Source of the DNA: Synechococcus sp.
GTDB lineage: Bacteria > Cyanobacteriota > Cyanobacteriia > Thermostichales > PCC-7336
Direction of reading: 5' to 3'
NCBI GenBank assembly: GCA_051439605.1
Contig: JBFRWN010000017.1
Location: 183,855-247,854 of the forward strand
DNA length: 64,000 bases
Position numbers and translations under genes: made by a program. Below are positions 39,711 through 49,732 of the stretch, piece after piece; position 1 is the first letter of the stretch, and each line of letters begins with the position of its first letter. The notes under the pieces were generated by a model that saw only the letters and a list, made by a program, of their open reading frames with translations, was not told where the DNA came from and made no database searches.

Positions 39711-42700
39711 TCAGTTGCTCCCCCCGTCGACTGGGTCTTGAGAATTTCCTCCTGCATTATCTGGCTCCGGCACAGGCTGAAGTAAAAGATCTTCAGCAGC
39801 GGTAGATGGCCCTACGAAGCCTGGACTAGGGGATTCTGATGGACGCTCCTGCTGTTGGCTCGCGGGTGCGGCCACCGGGCTGACTGCAATCGCGACCGGA
39901 ACAATCGTGCTACCCCCATTGCTATCGGAGAGGGTGTAAGTGAAGCTGGCATCCCCGCTAAATGTATCTGTGGGAGTGAAAGTGACAGTGCCATCGGTAT
40001 TGAGGACAACCGTTCCATTGACCGCATCCTGTACCGAGGTAACGACCAGCGCATCGCCATCCAAGTCGGAGTCGTTGCCCAACAAATCAGCAGACTCGAA
40101 AGTCAACGATGTATTTGCCGGCATAGTACCAGAATCAGGAGTGCCCACCGGACCGTCATTCACTGGAGTGACATCGATCTCGACCGTTGCCACATTGGTG
40201 CTGCCATCGCTATCGGAGAGGGTGTAGCTAAAGCTAGCGATACCGTTGAAGTTCGCAGAGGGAGTAAACGCAACTGTGCCATCGTCATTGAGGGCAACTG
40301 TACCGCTGCGAGCATCCTGTACAGAAATGACGCTCATCGTGTCGCCATCGAGATCGGTATCGTTCTCCAGTAATTCAATTGGTTTGAGAGTGAGCAGCGT
40401 GTCTTCTGGAGTGGTAGAGAAATCTGTATTACCTACCGGTGCATTGTTGACTGGTGTGACATCGATAGAAACGGCAACAGTATTCTGGCCGCCATTGCCG
40501 TCATCAAGGGTGTAGGTGAAGTTGGCATCCCCATTAAACAAAGGGGCTGGGGTAAAAGTCACGGTGCCATCGTTATTCAGTACGACCGTTCCATTGCTTG
40601 CATTCTGAACCGAAGCAATGGTCAATGGGTCGCCATCCACATCGGAGTCATTGCCCAGGAGTTCTTCAGGATTGAAGGTCAGCGACGTATCTTCTGGAGT
40701 CGTGCTGCTATCGTTCTTCCCAGAAGGATTATCGTTTACCGGTGTAACAGCAATATTGACCCTGGCGATATCGCTGTTACCACTGCTGTCGGAGAGGGTG
40801 TAAGTAAAGCTAGCGTCACCAAAGAAGTGGGTAGGAGGGGTAAAAGTTACGGTGCCATCTTCATTGAGGGCAACTGTGCCCTTGTTCGCTTCCTGAACTG
40901 AGGCGATCGTCAACAGGTCACCATCTAAATCCGAGTCATTTCCCAACAAATCTTCTGAATTGAAGATCAACGCAGTATCTTCGGCGGTAGTGCTGGCATC
41001 GTCATTGCCCACAGGAGTCCGGTTCAGCAATACTTGCTGTGATTCCGTTTCCTCCTCTACAGCCTCTACCTCTGAAGGAAGGGGAGAAGATATATCCTCT
41101 ATGTCCTCAGATGCAACTGCCACATCGATGGAATTGCTTTCAGGTGAAGTGGCAAGGTCAACCTCGTCGCCATCGGACAGAACTTCCTCTTCAGTCTCTA
41201 CATCTTCTGTGACTACACCTTCTTCCATTCCCTCAACAGTCGAGACTGCACTTGGAATCTCGACTGTTTCATCTGCAGTCATCCCCTCATCTGAAGTTGC
41301 TGCTTCGGGTAAGGTGTTTGAGGTTGCTCGATCGTTCTCGGGGACGATATCTACTTCCGCTGCTTGTTCTGTCTCATCTTCCTCTAAAGCCATTGCTGCG
41401 TCTGGTGCCTCAATGGGTTCTACCTCGGTTGATGCAGCGGATGCATCTGCGGTAGGCAGGTCATCATCGGATTGCGAGCCTTCGCCCTCAGAAGTCACGT
41501 CCTGAGTGACTGCTTCCTCTGAGTCGGGGATGTTCTCCCCAGCATGTTGGAGATTTCTTTTGGGCACGCCGTTCAGAATACTGACCCTGGCACCAACACG
41601 GGTGTCTCCTTCCGGTAAGCCAGTCAAACCTTGAACACCATATTCCCCAGCGCTATTGGTAAAAAACACATCCAGGGCATAGGTGGAGTTACCAGAGGGG
41701 AACAGCTGTCGTACCCCGACCGAATACAGCTGGCGGTTGCCATTGAATTCGGCAAACTCGTCACTGGAACCCTTCTCCAGCCGGTTTTCGCCAAAGATGG
41801 GCGTCCATTGTCCCCACAATTGGGTCCATTTAGCGACAGACAAGTTCAGCCCAGTTGATACCCCTGCAAGAGCATCAAAACTATCCCCCTGTAACGGTAA
41901 AGCTCCTTTGGGGGCGACCGTGAACTTCAGGCGATCGTTAAACAGGGGAAAGGCAGTCGGAACATCGCTGTAGAGAGCCACTTCAGGGTTCCCAAACAGG
42001 TTTTGCACCCCTAACGAGAGGGCAGAAGATACTTCCCGATCTCCAAGATCCCTCAATAGCGCGTAGCGGAACAATGCACCTGCCTCGCTCTGGAACTGAT
42101 CGGTACCGTTACTGCTCCCTAAAGCGACAAGCTCTAGGTCATCCAGTAGACCGTAGCGAACGGTACCGGCCACCCGACCCGGGGATCCAAACACGGCTTC
42201 GTACAGCACGCTATCAATCGGCAGAGTGGTGCTAGGAAACCCTGTAGCGCTGGCAAAGAAATGGGAGGTGGCAGGATAGCGATTGCGGATTTCGAGGGGA
42301 AATTCATTCCCAATATCGGGCAAGAAGGAAAAGTCAATTCCCAGACCAATATCCCCATCGGGCTGAACGAGCAGATTTGAGGGAGCAGCCGCAGAGGGGC
42401 CAAATCGATTGGTCGCATAAATATCAAAACTGGCGCGACTATTGGGGGTCCAGCGTATCCCTGCGTTCCATACTCCTCGGGGCACAAATAACGAATCACT
42501 CCCATTGCCTAGCGAGTTACTGCCCGCCGCAATCACAGTGTAATCGGCTGCAAACTTGAAAAATTGACTCAAGTCGCGGTCAAATCCCAGGCCGATCCCC
42601 ACCACCGTGCCGTAGTAGTCCAGCGAATCCCCATCAAAGCCATTGCTGCCTACCAAATCACCAGGATCGCCTTCTATGTCTACATCAGACAAGCTATCGG

Positions 42701-43718
42701 GGAAAAATCCCACTTGGGGATTGATGTGAAAGCGATTCTTATCTCCAACATTGATGCTAACGGGGAGACCGACACTGACAAATACGGAGCTGTCATCAGC
42801 TTCGACGCGACTAGATGTGTTGGCGGGAGAGAAAGATACAGAGCGGTGGGGGCCAAATTCTAATCCCACCGTGGGGGCAAAGCTGATGAGGTCGTTTGAA
42901 AACGCCTGCCATTTTAATTGGGCGGAAATACTATCGTAGGAAAACCCGACTTCAGAATTTCCACCCAGTAAACCTCTCAAAGTAGCGGTATCGTAGGTGG
43001 AAATGTCAAAGCTCAATTGCAGCTCATCTAGGATTCCGTAGTCTAAGCCGAGCCGAATATTGCAGGATATTTCGCGATCGCTACAACTCCTCGAGGGACG
43101 AATCGTCGTTCCGGTTCGCAACACTAGTTCGTTCTGGCGAAGGCTAGAACCCGTCTCAAAACCGAACAGGCGGTACTGGGGGCGCTCTAGAGGGGAAAAA
43201 TCTGTGCGAAAGGGGGCAAAGGAGAAGTTAGGCTCTTCTTCCACAAGGAACGGAAATCCCGGAAAGGGCACTAGGCTATCTAGCTTGAAAGGTTCAACAA
43301 TATCATCAGCATCCAAGACTCCAAAAAATGGTTGCGGAGACAGTAGTTCGCCTTGTAGATCGGCGGCTCCCCCTGCCGCTGGCAGACTGTCAATATCGCT
43401 TCCTGGCCGGGGATCGGTTACACCAGGATCGGGGTCCAGCTGGGCAACAAGAGTCCAGTTGAGAATTGTCGGTGAGGAGAAGGAGAGCGAGGTGGATTGA
43501 AGCGATCGCCGACCAAAATCTTGAGTAAATCTATCTGCAGATGGATGAGTGGGAAAGCTGTTTGAGAGCTGCTTGGATAATTCGGGTGAGAACGCAAAAG
43601 CTGCAGGTGCATCCAGCGATAACATCGCTACACCCGATACACCAACGAGGATTGACCACGTTTGCCATACACCCATTTTGTAGCGATCTGTCCTCACAAT
43701 AACCTCCACCCCCGTCAC
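39711..43718 (-). CDS. Large surface protein: two tandem outer-membrane beta-barrel-like units + acidic linker + four cadherin-like Ig repeats
   Basis: Signal peptide (PAAFA; start may be the ATG at 43676), alternating aromatic beta-strands, D/E-rich linker, four LLGND.D.DGD...GTV.LN.DGTVTFTP...FTYTLSD repeats. Confidence 0.8.
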   Translation of the reverse strand: MTGVEVIVRTDRYKMGVWQTWSILVGVSGVAMLSLDAPAAFAFSPELSKQLSNSFPTHPSADRFTQDFGRRSLQSTSLSFSSPTILNWTLVAQLDPDPGVTDPRPGSDIDSLPAAGGAADLQGELLSPQPFFGVLDADDIVEPFKLDSLVPFPGFPFLVEEEPNFSFAPFRTDFSPLERPQYRLFGFETGSSLRQNELVLRTGTTIRPSRSCSDREISCNIRLGLDYGILDELQLSFDISTYDTATLRGLLGGNSEVGFSYDSISAQLKWQAFSNDLISFAPTVGLEFGPHRSVSFSPANTSSRVEADDSSVFVSVGLPVSINVGDKNRFHINPQVGFFPDSLSDVDIEGDPGDLVGSNGFDGDSLDYYGTVVGIGLGFDRDLSQFFKFAADYTVIAAGSNSLGNGSDSLFVPRGVWNAGIRWTPNSRASFDIYATNRFGPSAAAPSNLLVQPDGDIGLGIDFSFLPDIGNEFPLEIRNRYPATSHFFASATGFPSTTLPIDSVLYEAVFGSPGRVAGTVRYGLLDDLELVALGSSNGTDQFQSEAGALFRYALLRDLGDREVSSALSLGVQNLFGNPEVALYSDVPTAFPLFNDRLKFTVAPKGALPLQGDSFDALAGVSTGLNLSVAKWTQLWGQWTPIFGENRLEKGSSDEFAEFNGNRQLYSVGVRQLFPSGNSTYALDVFFTNSAGEYGVQGLTGLPEGDTRVGARVSILNGVPKRNLQHAGENIPDSEEAVTQDVTSEGEGSQSDDDLPTADASAASTEVEPIEAPDAAMALEEDETEQAAEVDIVPENDRATSNTLPEAATSDEGMTADETVEIPSAVSTVEGMEEGVVTEDVETEEEVLSDGDEVDLATSPESNSIDVAVASEDIEDISSPLPSEVEAVEEETESQQVLLNRTPVGNDDASTTAEDTALIFNSEDLLGNDSDLDGDLLTIASVQEANKGTVALNEDGTVTFTPPTHFFGDASFTYTLSDSSGNSDIARVNIAVTPVNDNPSGKNDSSTTPEDTSLTFNPEELLGNDSDVDGDPLTIASVQNASNGTVVLNNDGTVTFTPAPLFNGDANFTYTLDDGNGGQNTVAVSIDVTPVNNAPVGNTDFSTTPEDTLLTLKPIELLENDTDLDGDTMSVISVQDARSGTVALNDDGTVAFTPSANFNGIASFSYTLSDSDGSTNVATVEIDVTPVNDGPVGTPDSGTMPANTSLTFESADLLGNDSDLDGDALVVTSVQDAVNGTVVLNTDGTVTFTPTDTFSGDASFTYTLSDSNGGSTIVPVAIAVSPVAAPASQQQERPSESPSPGFVGPSTAAEDLLLQPVPEPDNAGGNSQDPVDGGSN
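39870..41025 (-). repeat. Four tandem 288-bp (96-aa) Ig/cadherin-like coding repeats
   Basis: GTGCCATC recurs at ~39988, 40276, 40564 and 40852. Confidence 0.9.
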
Positions 43719-44067
43719 ACTCGCATACAGGTGACCAACCAGAACAGCCTCAAAATTGTACGAAGAGCAAAGACGCTCTGTACTAGAGGGAACTGTCGGA
43801 CGGACAACAGTCGGAAGTATTTAAGGATGGTCTCACACCTAGAGTTAACTTTAGTTGCAATGGGGAAGTTAGGCAAAGTCCCGAACTCGTTCTCTTCCCC
43901 TGCGCAATAGAAACTAGCGAGCAACTCTCGGACAAGACATGTCATGGATATCTATGTAAAACAGCCTTTAGAGACGTGCAATGGTGACAAAGATTGGTCC
44001 ACAGCTGGGTCATTCATCACTTGCACTATTTGCTCGTCAATCACTCAAGCACTATCCGGGGTTTCCC

Positions 44068-44421
44068 ATGAATAGTCACTACCGCACCTTACAACTCACT
44101 CTGAAGGCCTATCGCGATGCCGGGTTTGCCGTGCCTGCGTTATGCACTAAATATGCCAAGCTGCTCAAGTCCTATCATCGGATTCAAGCTTCCCTGCAGG
44201 GGCAGCAATGCGAACTTCCTGCTTGGGTTGAGCTGGTTCCCCCCGACCAGACAATCTCCCCCCTGCGTCATGCCTCTACCCTGACTCCTCAGCCCCACCA
44301 TTGGAGAAAAACTCTGTATCAAACGATGTTGCTGGTGGTTGGCTTACCCATCAGCCTGTTGGTGTTTTGTGTTACTTTGCCGGTTTTCTGGTTGCAAAGT
44401 CTGCGTAAATCTATGACGTGA
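44068..44421 (+). CDS. Hypothetical protein with a C-terminal TM helix
   Basis: MNSHYRTLQLTLKAYRDAG... with a hydrophobic C-terminus. Confidence 0.5.
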   Translation: MNSHYRTLQLTLKAYRDAGFAVPALCTKYAKLLKSYHRIQASLQGQQCELPAWVELVPPDQTISPLRHASTLTPQPHHWRKTLYQTMLLVVGLPISLLVFCVTLPVFWLQSLRKSMT

Positions 44422-44509
44422 GGCCGATTGCTGTAAACGCATCGCACTATCCTTCAGTCTCTCTTGGAGCATCGAGAGTTCTGCAAGGGGAGTAGGGAAT
44501 GCGGCATCT

Positions 44510-45301
44510 CTACAATCCTTGACGGACGCGATCGCTGAGCTCAATTTGTGCGGGGCTAAATCCCGCTTGAGAGAGGTGATTCAGATAGGCCGATCCCGTA
44601 TATCGACTGTCCAAATGAATGGCACGGGCATAGGCTCCGCGAGCATCCTCCAGTCTGTCTTGGCTGCGTAATGCGATCGCCAAAGCCACCCAAGGATGGG
44701 GGTTCCAAGGCTCCAGCTCGGTAGCCTGCTTGGCGTTGACCTCAGCTAAATGGGGTTGTTCTAGCCGTTGGTAGGCCAAGCTCAGGTTGTAATAGGCAAT
44801 TTCGTTATCCGATTGCAGCTCCGCGGCCCGCTGATGAGTCTTGACTGCGGACTGTAATTGACCGTCAACCAAATACACAATCCCCAACGCATTGAGGGCG
44901 GGAACAAAGTCAGCATCACGCTCTAACCCCGCCTGTAGGGCAGCGATCGCCTCCTGCCGTTGCCCCGCCAAATGCAGCGTCCAGCCCAAAATGACATGTC
45001 CGTTTAAATTGGTGGGGTCGAGGCTTACTCCTTGCTGAAACATGGCAATAGCTTCCGCCAGTTGTCCTTGACTGCGCAGATCTAGGCCCATTTGTCGGTG
45101 GCGAGCTGATGCGGACATATCTGCAGGTGAAGGAAATGCCTCTCTAATAGGAGTCGCAAGCGGGATTTCTGGAACGTCAGTCACAACGGTTCCGTCTGCC
45201 TTCTCCGGAGGCTGTTGCACATCGTTAGTAGGGGGTGGGGACTGGCCACAACTCACTAGGAGGAGTAACCCCGACAAAATCCAGACAGTTGCTCGATTCA
45301 T
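44510..45301 (-). CDS. TPR lipoprotein
   Basis: Lipobox LVSC, TPRs (VILGWTLHLAG, ALNALGIVYL, AYYNLSLAY). Confidence 0.85.
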   Translation of the reverse strand: MNRATVWILSGLLLLVSCGQSPPPTNDVQQPPEKADGTVVTDVPEIPLATPIREAFPSPADMSASARHRQMGLDLRSQGQLAEAIAMFQQGVSLDPTNLNGHVILGWTLHLAGQRQEAIAALQAGLERDADFVPALNALGIVYLVDGQLQSAVKTHQRAAELQSDNEIAYYNLSLAYQRLEQPHLAEVNAKQATELEPWNPHPWVALAIALRSQDRLEDARGAYARAIHLDSRYTGSAYLNHLSQAGFSPAQIELSDRVRQGL

Positions 45302-45380
45302 GACTAGTTTGAATATGTTTGGTGGAATATATTGCATCCCACCCAAGTCCCAACTTGGCTTGTGGCAAATAGCCGAGATT

Positions 45381-45797
45381 TTATTCTCCAATGGCATGCA
45401 CGATCAGTTCGCGGTTGTGGGGGCGATCGCGATGTTCCCACAGGTAGATTCCCTGCCAGGTGCCCAACATCAACTGGCCATTGGCAATGGGTATGTGCTC
45501 TGAGGTACTGGTCAAAGCGGTGCGGATATGGGCGGGCATATCATCTAGTCCTTCCATTCCGTGCATGTAGCGATTATCTTCGGGGACCAGCTGAGCTAGA
45601 AATGTTGCCAAATCCCTAAGTACATCCGGATCGGCATTCTCTTGAATGACTAAACTAGCAGAGGTGTGCTGTAAAAACAGCGTACAAATACCCGATTGAA
45701 TCTCCGATTGTTGAATGATTTGGTTCACATCCCCGGTCACTTGGCTAAAGGACTTTCCACTCGTGGGAATGCGAAGTGTTGCTCTGTGCTGTTTCAT
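45381..45797 (-). CDS. yjbQ: YjbQ/UPF0047 family protein
   Basis: HTSASLVIQENADPDV, DDMPAHIR, LGTWQGIYLWEHR. Confidence 0.92.
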   Translation of the reverse strand: MKQHRATLRIPTSGKSFSQVTGDVNQIIQQSEIQSGICTLFLQHTSASLVIQENADPDVLRDLATFLAQLVPEDNRYMHGMEGLDDMPAHIRTALTSTSEHIPIANGQLMLGTWQGIYLWEHRDRPHNRELIVHAIGE

Positions 45798-45845
45798 AGT
45801 GGCTGTATCGCGATAGCCGATTGTCAGAGTTCCGAACAGGTCGAT

Positions 45846-46235
45846 CTATTTAAAGCTATGCGGTACACCCGCTTTAGGCATCACCTGAAACTTACGTTGC
45901 TTTTCAAGCTGGCGCAGCTCTTTGTAGCTGACCCGATGGATGCAGTCTACGGGGCAGGTCTGAATCGCTTCTTCAACTATCTGCTCGAGATCTCCCTGTT
46001 GATTCATTACCCGAGCTTTACCTCGATCGTCTTCCAGGAAAAACGTATTGCGCGCAACATAGGCGCAGTGACCGCAACCAATGCAGTCGATTTCATCAAC
46101 GTATACCCCAGTTTGACGACCAACCCCTCCTAACTCTGGCTCAAGCCCCGTTCGTTGATGTTGGCGGCGCAGCACCCCACCCAGCTCGGGTTCTAAACCC
46201 GAGCGCTCGCTTTGGGCGGGAGTTTGTGGTTTCAT
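45846..46235 (-). CDS. Bacterial-type ferredoxin with duplicated GLEPELGG motif
   Basis: VYVDE..CIGCGHC...F...G.ARV...CPVDCIH. Confidence 0.88.
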   Translation of the reverse strand: MKPQTPAQSERSGLEPELGGVLRRQHQRTGLEPELGGVGRQTGVYVDEIDCIGCGHCAYVARNTFFLEDDRGKARVMNQQGDLEQIVEEAIQTCPVDCIHRVSYKELRQLEKQRKFQVMPKAGVPHSFK

Positions 46236-46622
46236 TTACGCACCCCAGCGCTGCAGAACCAAACGGACGCTACCGTCTTCCGCTTGCTTTTGCTCTACCA
46301 CTTGGAATCCTTTGCGGGCAGATTCGCTCACGATGGTCTGGTAAGCGTATCGCTGAGTCACCTTATTGACGAAGCTTTCTACCGACCAAGGCTGCTGCCA
46401 ATACTGCAGGTCGGCAACTAGCTGGTAAGCTTCACCGTTCCATTGAAAGCCCACATCGTAGCCGTTGTCCTGAGGAATGATGACAGAGGCTGCTTGTGTT
46501 TGTCCCTGATAACCACGGACCTTCATTTCGCCACGTTGGGAGTCGATCCCCAGATCTGCGAGGGCCGATTCCAAAGCGTCAAGGTCGCGGATCTTGGTCT
46601 TTATTTGGCTAAAGTGGGACAT
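46236..46622 (-). CDS. ycf35: Ycf35 / DUF1257 protein
   Basis: MSHFSQIKT, VRGYQGQT, YDVGFQWNG..YQLVADLQYW, TQRYAY. Confidence 0.9.
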   Translation of the reverse strand: MSHFSQIKTKIRDLDALESALADLGIDSQRGEMKVRGYQGQTQAASVIIPQDNGYDVGFQWNGEAYQLVADLQYWQQPWSVESFVNKVTQRYAYQTIVSESARKGFQVVEQKQAEDGSVRLVLQRWGA

Positions 46623-46901
46623 ACGTTCTCCTGCCTGCAAAAAGAAATAGATCTGTATGTGAACTTGTGTTATTGCGAATTACAGTTCATAGTAACTCAA
46701 CTCTCAGGCGTCCTCTGAATTGTCCTAATTTTCTTCTACACTCTTTCTGCGGCCCCGCGGTTTGCACATCTCAAATATGTTTTTCTTCAAGCCCGAACTG
46801 CGTTACGAACCACTGCAGGTCGTATTCAAAGGGGATCCGAAACCGCTAAGGTAACAGGGAGAACTCCTTAACAAACCGTAATTTAAAACCGGAGATTAAC
46901 C

Positions 46902-47183
46902 ATGTCTGGTGTGAATCTACTTTGGATCTCTCTGATTGTTGGCTTCTTGATTTCAGTGCTCACCGTGGTGTGGGTACTCGACGATCAAAAAAAGCAACGC
47001 ATCATTTACGAACGGGATCTCAAGCGATACGAAGAAGAACAAGAGGCTCTTAGGCAAGCAAAAGCTGAAGAGGCAGCCCGCAAAGAAGCCGAACGGCAAG
47101 CCCGAATTGCTGCCGGTCTCCCCCCTGAACCAAAGGAGGAGGAAGCGGCGGCAGAGAGCAGTTCTTTAGAAGAAGGCGCTTGA
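46902..47183 (+). CDS. Small membrane-anchored coiled-coil protein
   Basis: GGAG RBS, N-terminal TM, E/A/R-rich tail. Confidence 0.7.
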   Translation: MSGVNLLWISLIVGFLISVLTVVWVLDDQKKQRIIYERDLKRYEEEQEALRQAKAEEAARKEAERQARIAAGLPPEPKEEEAAAESSSLEEGA

Positions 47184-47289
47184 GGAGTAATCCTGTGAAG
47201 GACTCGGTAACTGGGGTGTCCCTAGCGTAGAGAGAGCACCCAGTGACTCCACTTTTGCTCTCATCGCTCAAAATCATTCAGCCTCAACA

Positions 47290-47796
47290 CTAGTGTTCCA
47301 TCCCGATCGCGTATTTCCCCCACTCGCGGTTGCCACCTGAGCGGATCTGTTTGGCAATTTCAAAGTACAGGCTGCTGTGGGGGCGTCGCGGGGGACGACT
47401 CAGGGGCATAAGAGCCTCTTTAGGGGTACGATTTCCCTTTTTGATGTTGCAACGAACGCAAGCACAAACCACGTTATCCCAAGCATCACCCCCGCCTCGC
47501 GAGCGAGGTACGACGTGATCGATAGTCAGGAGATCGCTGGAAGATGCTCCGCAATATTGGCAGCGATATTCGTCACGATAGAGGACATTGCGCCGAGTCA
47601 GGGGAATCGCTTTGTAGGGAACGTTAACGTAATGTCTGAGGCGAATGACCGTTGGTAGAGAAAAGTCCGCATAGATGAAACGACCATTATGTTCGACGCC
47701 CTCCGCTTTGCCTTTAATCATCAAGACAACTGCCCTCCGCCACGTCGTAATGTTGAGTGGCTCGTATGAAGCATTGAGGACCAGAACCTTGTCCAT
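47290..47796 (-). CDS. HNH endonuclease (McrA-like, conserved cyanobacterial type)
   Basis: VLVLNASYEPL, RD...CQYCG, TIDHVVPRSRGG...W.NVV.AC..CN..KG. Confidence 0.92.
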   Translation of the reverse strand: MDKVLVLNASYEPLNITTWRRAVVLMIKGKAEGVEHNGRFIYADFSLPTVIRLRHYVNVPYKAIPLTRRNVLYRDEYRCQYCGASSSDLLTIDHVVPRSRGGGDAWDNVVCACVRCNIKKGNRTPKEALMPLSRPPRRPHSSLYFEIAKQIRSGGNREWGKYAIGMEH

Positions 47797-48135
47797 CTGG
47801 GTGCCTGAAAAGGTCGAGTTAATTCAACTTTATGATTAGGCAAATGCTAGCACAGCCATTTTGGGGGCTGTCTGTAGCGAAAATACATATCGAGCAAAAA
47901 GCCCATAAGCAACAGAAACATTAAACTCGCGATCGCCTGCAGAGAGGAGTTGACAGAACCTAGCTTCATCACAATCCTAAAGCCCAGATGTCATCCGAGC
48001 ACAACACTACTTTGGTGAGCAGCAACGAGCCCTCTAAAAATATTCCAGTTTAGAAAACAGCCAAAACAGCCGACTCCATGCCTCTGGATCGGAATTGCTG
48101 CAACGGCTCCCGGATCGGGCATTTGCTGGAACACT

Positions 48136-49416
48136 CTAATTGCTGCGAGCCGTAGAGTTGTCTTTGGGAGCCGAGATTTTATCTTCTGGATCGATGAGTC
48201 GATAGAGCTTTTGGCGGATTTGAGTATCGAATACGTCCCATTTTTGGCCGGCATACTCAGAATTGGCATTGGAGCCAGAGAGGAACCCCAACGTAATTTC
48301 AAACCCACCAGCTTGGCTGCGTCCACCCCCAAAGAATCGACCGGAGCCATCCTGTCCGAAAGCCCGCTTGAGAAAATCATCGGGGTCAAGGGTGAGTTTA
48401 TTGGTTCGCAGAGAACCCGTTACGACTTCTTGGCCATTTTCTGAGTGAATGATTCCGTAGACAACGGCTGTGTGCACATCCTCTTCAGAGATTAAAAAGT
48501 CAGCTGCCTGAGGGATAGCGTCGCGATCTTCAAACCGCAGATAGCCAACCCCCGAAATGGAAAAGTTATTTCGGATATGTCGCTTACCGAGAGCTGTGGC
48601 AATAATATCCATGACCCGACGCGATCGCGAAGAACTTAAAACCGCAGATAGTAACTGCCCATCCTGGAAACGGCTGATATAGGCTGCTGCTATTAAATCA
48701 GCTTCTTTGGCTTGGCGCAGCTGGTCCGTTTCAGATCTGAGACCGTGCATCAAGGCAGTAGCACACTGAACGTGGCGGGGATTGCTAGCATCCAGCTCTA
48801 GCAATCCATCCCGCAGGTACTCAGCAAAGATCGTAGCGGTGGCTGCAGCCCCCGTCCGAATATCTTCGAACTCGGCTTGGTAAATATTTTGTAGGGAATG
48901 GTGATCCACCAACACCAACAGCGGAAGCTCGGCTGCCTCGATCGACTGAGCAATTTGGCTGGTGGTTCCTTGGTGATCGACAAAGACAGCCCCTTGATAC
49001 TCTTTCAGATCGTCCGGCCGCAGGGAGCTCACATCCAATTTTTGGCAGGGGAGGTTGGTCAGGCGAACGAGGGCAATGTTTTCTTGGTGACTCAGGGTAC
49101 CTGCATAAACAATGTCAGTGGTGATGGCAAACTGCTCGGCAATTAAACTGTAGGCCCATGCAGTTGAAAGAGCATCTGGATCGGGAAAGTCCTGAAGAAC
49201 AACCAGCTGCCGGCTGCCTCGATAACGCTCTAGTAGCGCCCGAAGTTGTTCGACCTTGCTGAGGGGAGGCGTCGGCATATTCGCACCATTACCGCCATTA
49301 CCGTTCCCGCCATTACCCTCAACACCATTACCGTTGCTTTGCATGTGACCGTTACCTCTGCGGGCAACAGCTACAGCAGCAGTTTTAGAAGCGATATTGG
49401 TGCGGTCATTAGCCAT
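48136..49416 (-). CDS. DHH-family phosphoesterase (NrnA-like oligoribonuclease/PAP phosphatase)
   Basis: QDFPDPDALS, VFVD, VDHH, DHHA1-type GGGR..AGG. Confidence 0.85.
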   Translation of the reverse strand: MANDRTNIASKTAAVAVARRGNGHMQSNGNGVEGNGGNGNGGNGANMPTPPLSKVEQLRALLERYRGSRQLVVLQDFPDPDALSTAWAYSLIAEQFAITTDIVYAGTLSHQENIALVRLTNLPCQKLDVSSLRPDDLKEYQGAVFVDHQGTTSQIAQSIEAAELPLLVLVDHHSLQNIYQAEFEDIRTGAAATATIFAEYLRDGLLELDASNPRHVQCATALMHGLRSETDQLRQAKEADLIAAAYISRFQDGQLLSAVLSSSRSRRVMDIIATALGKRHIRNNFSISGVGYLRFEDRDAIPQAADFLISEEDVHTAVVYGIIHSENGQEVVTGSLRTNKLTLDPDDFLKRAFGQDGSGRFFGGGRSQAGGFEITLGFLSGSNANSEYAGQKWDVFDTQIRQKLYRLIDPEDKISAPKDNSTARSN

Positions 49417-49552
49417 ACATACATTCCAGAGATGAATTGGGTGACAGACCACCAATGAATTGGAGCTGGGATTTCGTGTAGTTATATAACGAAAGCCCCA
49501 ATCAGGATAACCCTTCGATAGGGATTTTGATAGCCGCGATAGAAACGTTTGA

Positions 49553-49732
49553 AATCAACCTATCGCTTGCCAACAGGTGGAGCAGCGCAAAGACGAGTGC
49601 GGGAAAGACCAGTTTTAGGCTGGGTACAGATCGGTCCAAAGGAGTGACAGCCGCCAGTTTAAACCGCGCTTTAGCTAGTGAGAGCGGATGTTAACCGAGC
49701 AAAAGTACCTCGACCACCGCAAGCAAATGACC
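49553..49732 (-). ncRNA. ssrS: 6S RNA (SsaA/SsrS)
   Basis: Minus strand folds into a ~180-nt rod: closing stem UUGCUUGC (49726-49719) / GCAAGCGA (49570-49563), central bubble, AGCGCGG/CCGCACU, GGCUG/CAGCC, apical UCC-UUU-GGA. It contains CAGCCUAAAACUGG, similar to the AAGCCUUAAAACUG segment I recall from E. coli 6S. Confidence 0.75.

Noticed and set aside
39870..41025. Regular 288-bp repeats as a possible CRISPR-like array
   Set aside because: In-frame degenerate protein domain repeats with no spacer structure or cas genes.
46130..46210. Duplicated GLEPELGG motif in the ferredoxin
   Set aside because: A standard feature of this cyanobacterial ferredoxin family.
47290..47796. HNH nuclease as a defence or mobile element
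   Set aside because: Matches the widespread standalone cyanobacterial HNH family; no methylase, intron or IS context.
47873..47887. TGTA-N7-TACA as an NtcA site
   Set aside because: The spacer is 7 nt, not the canonical 8.
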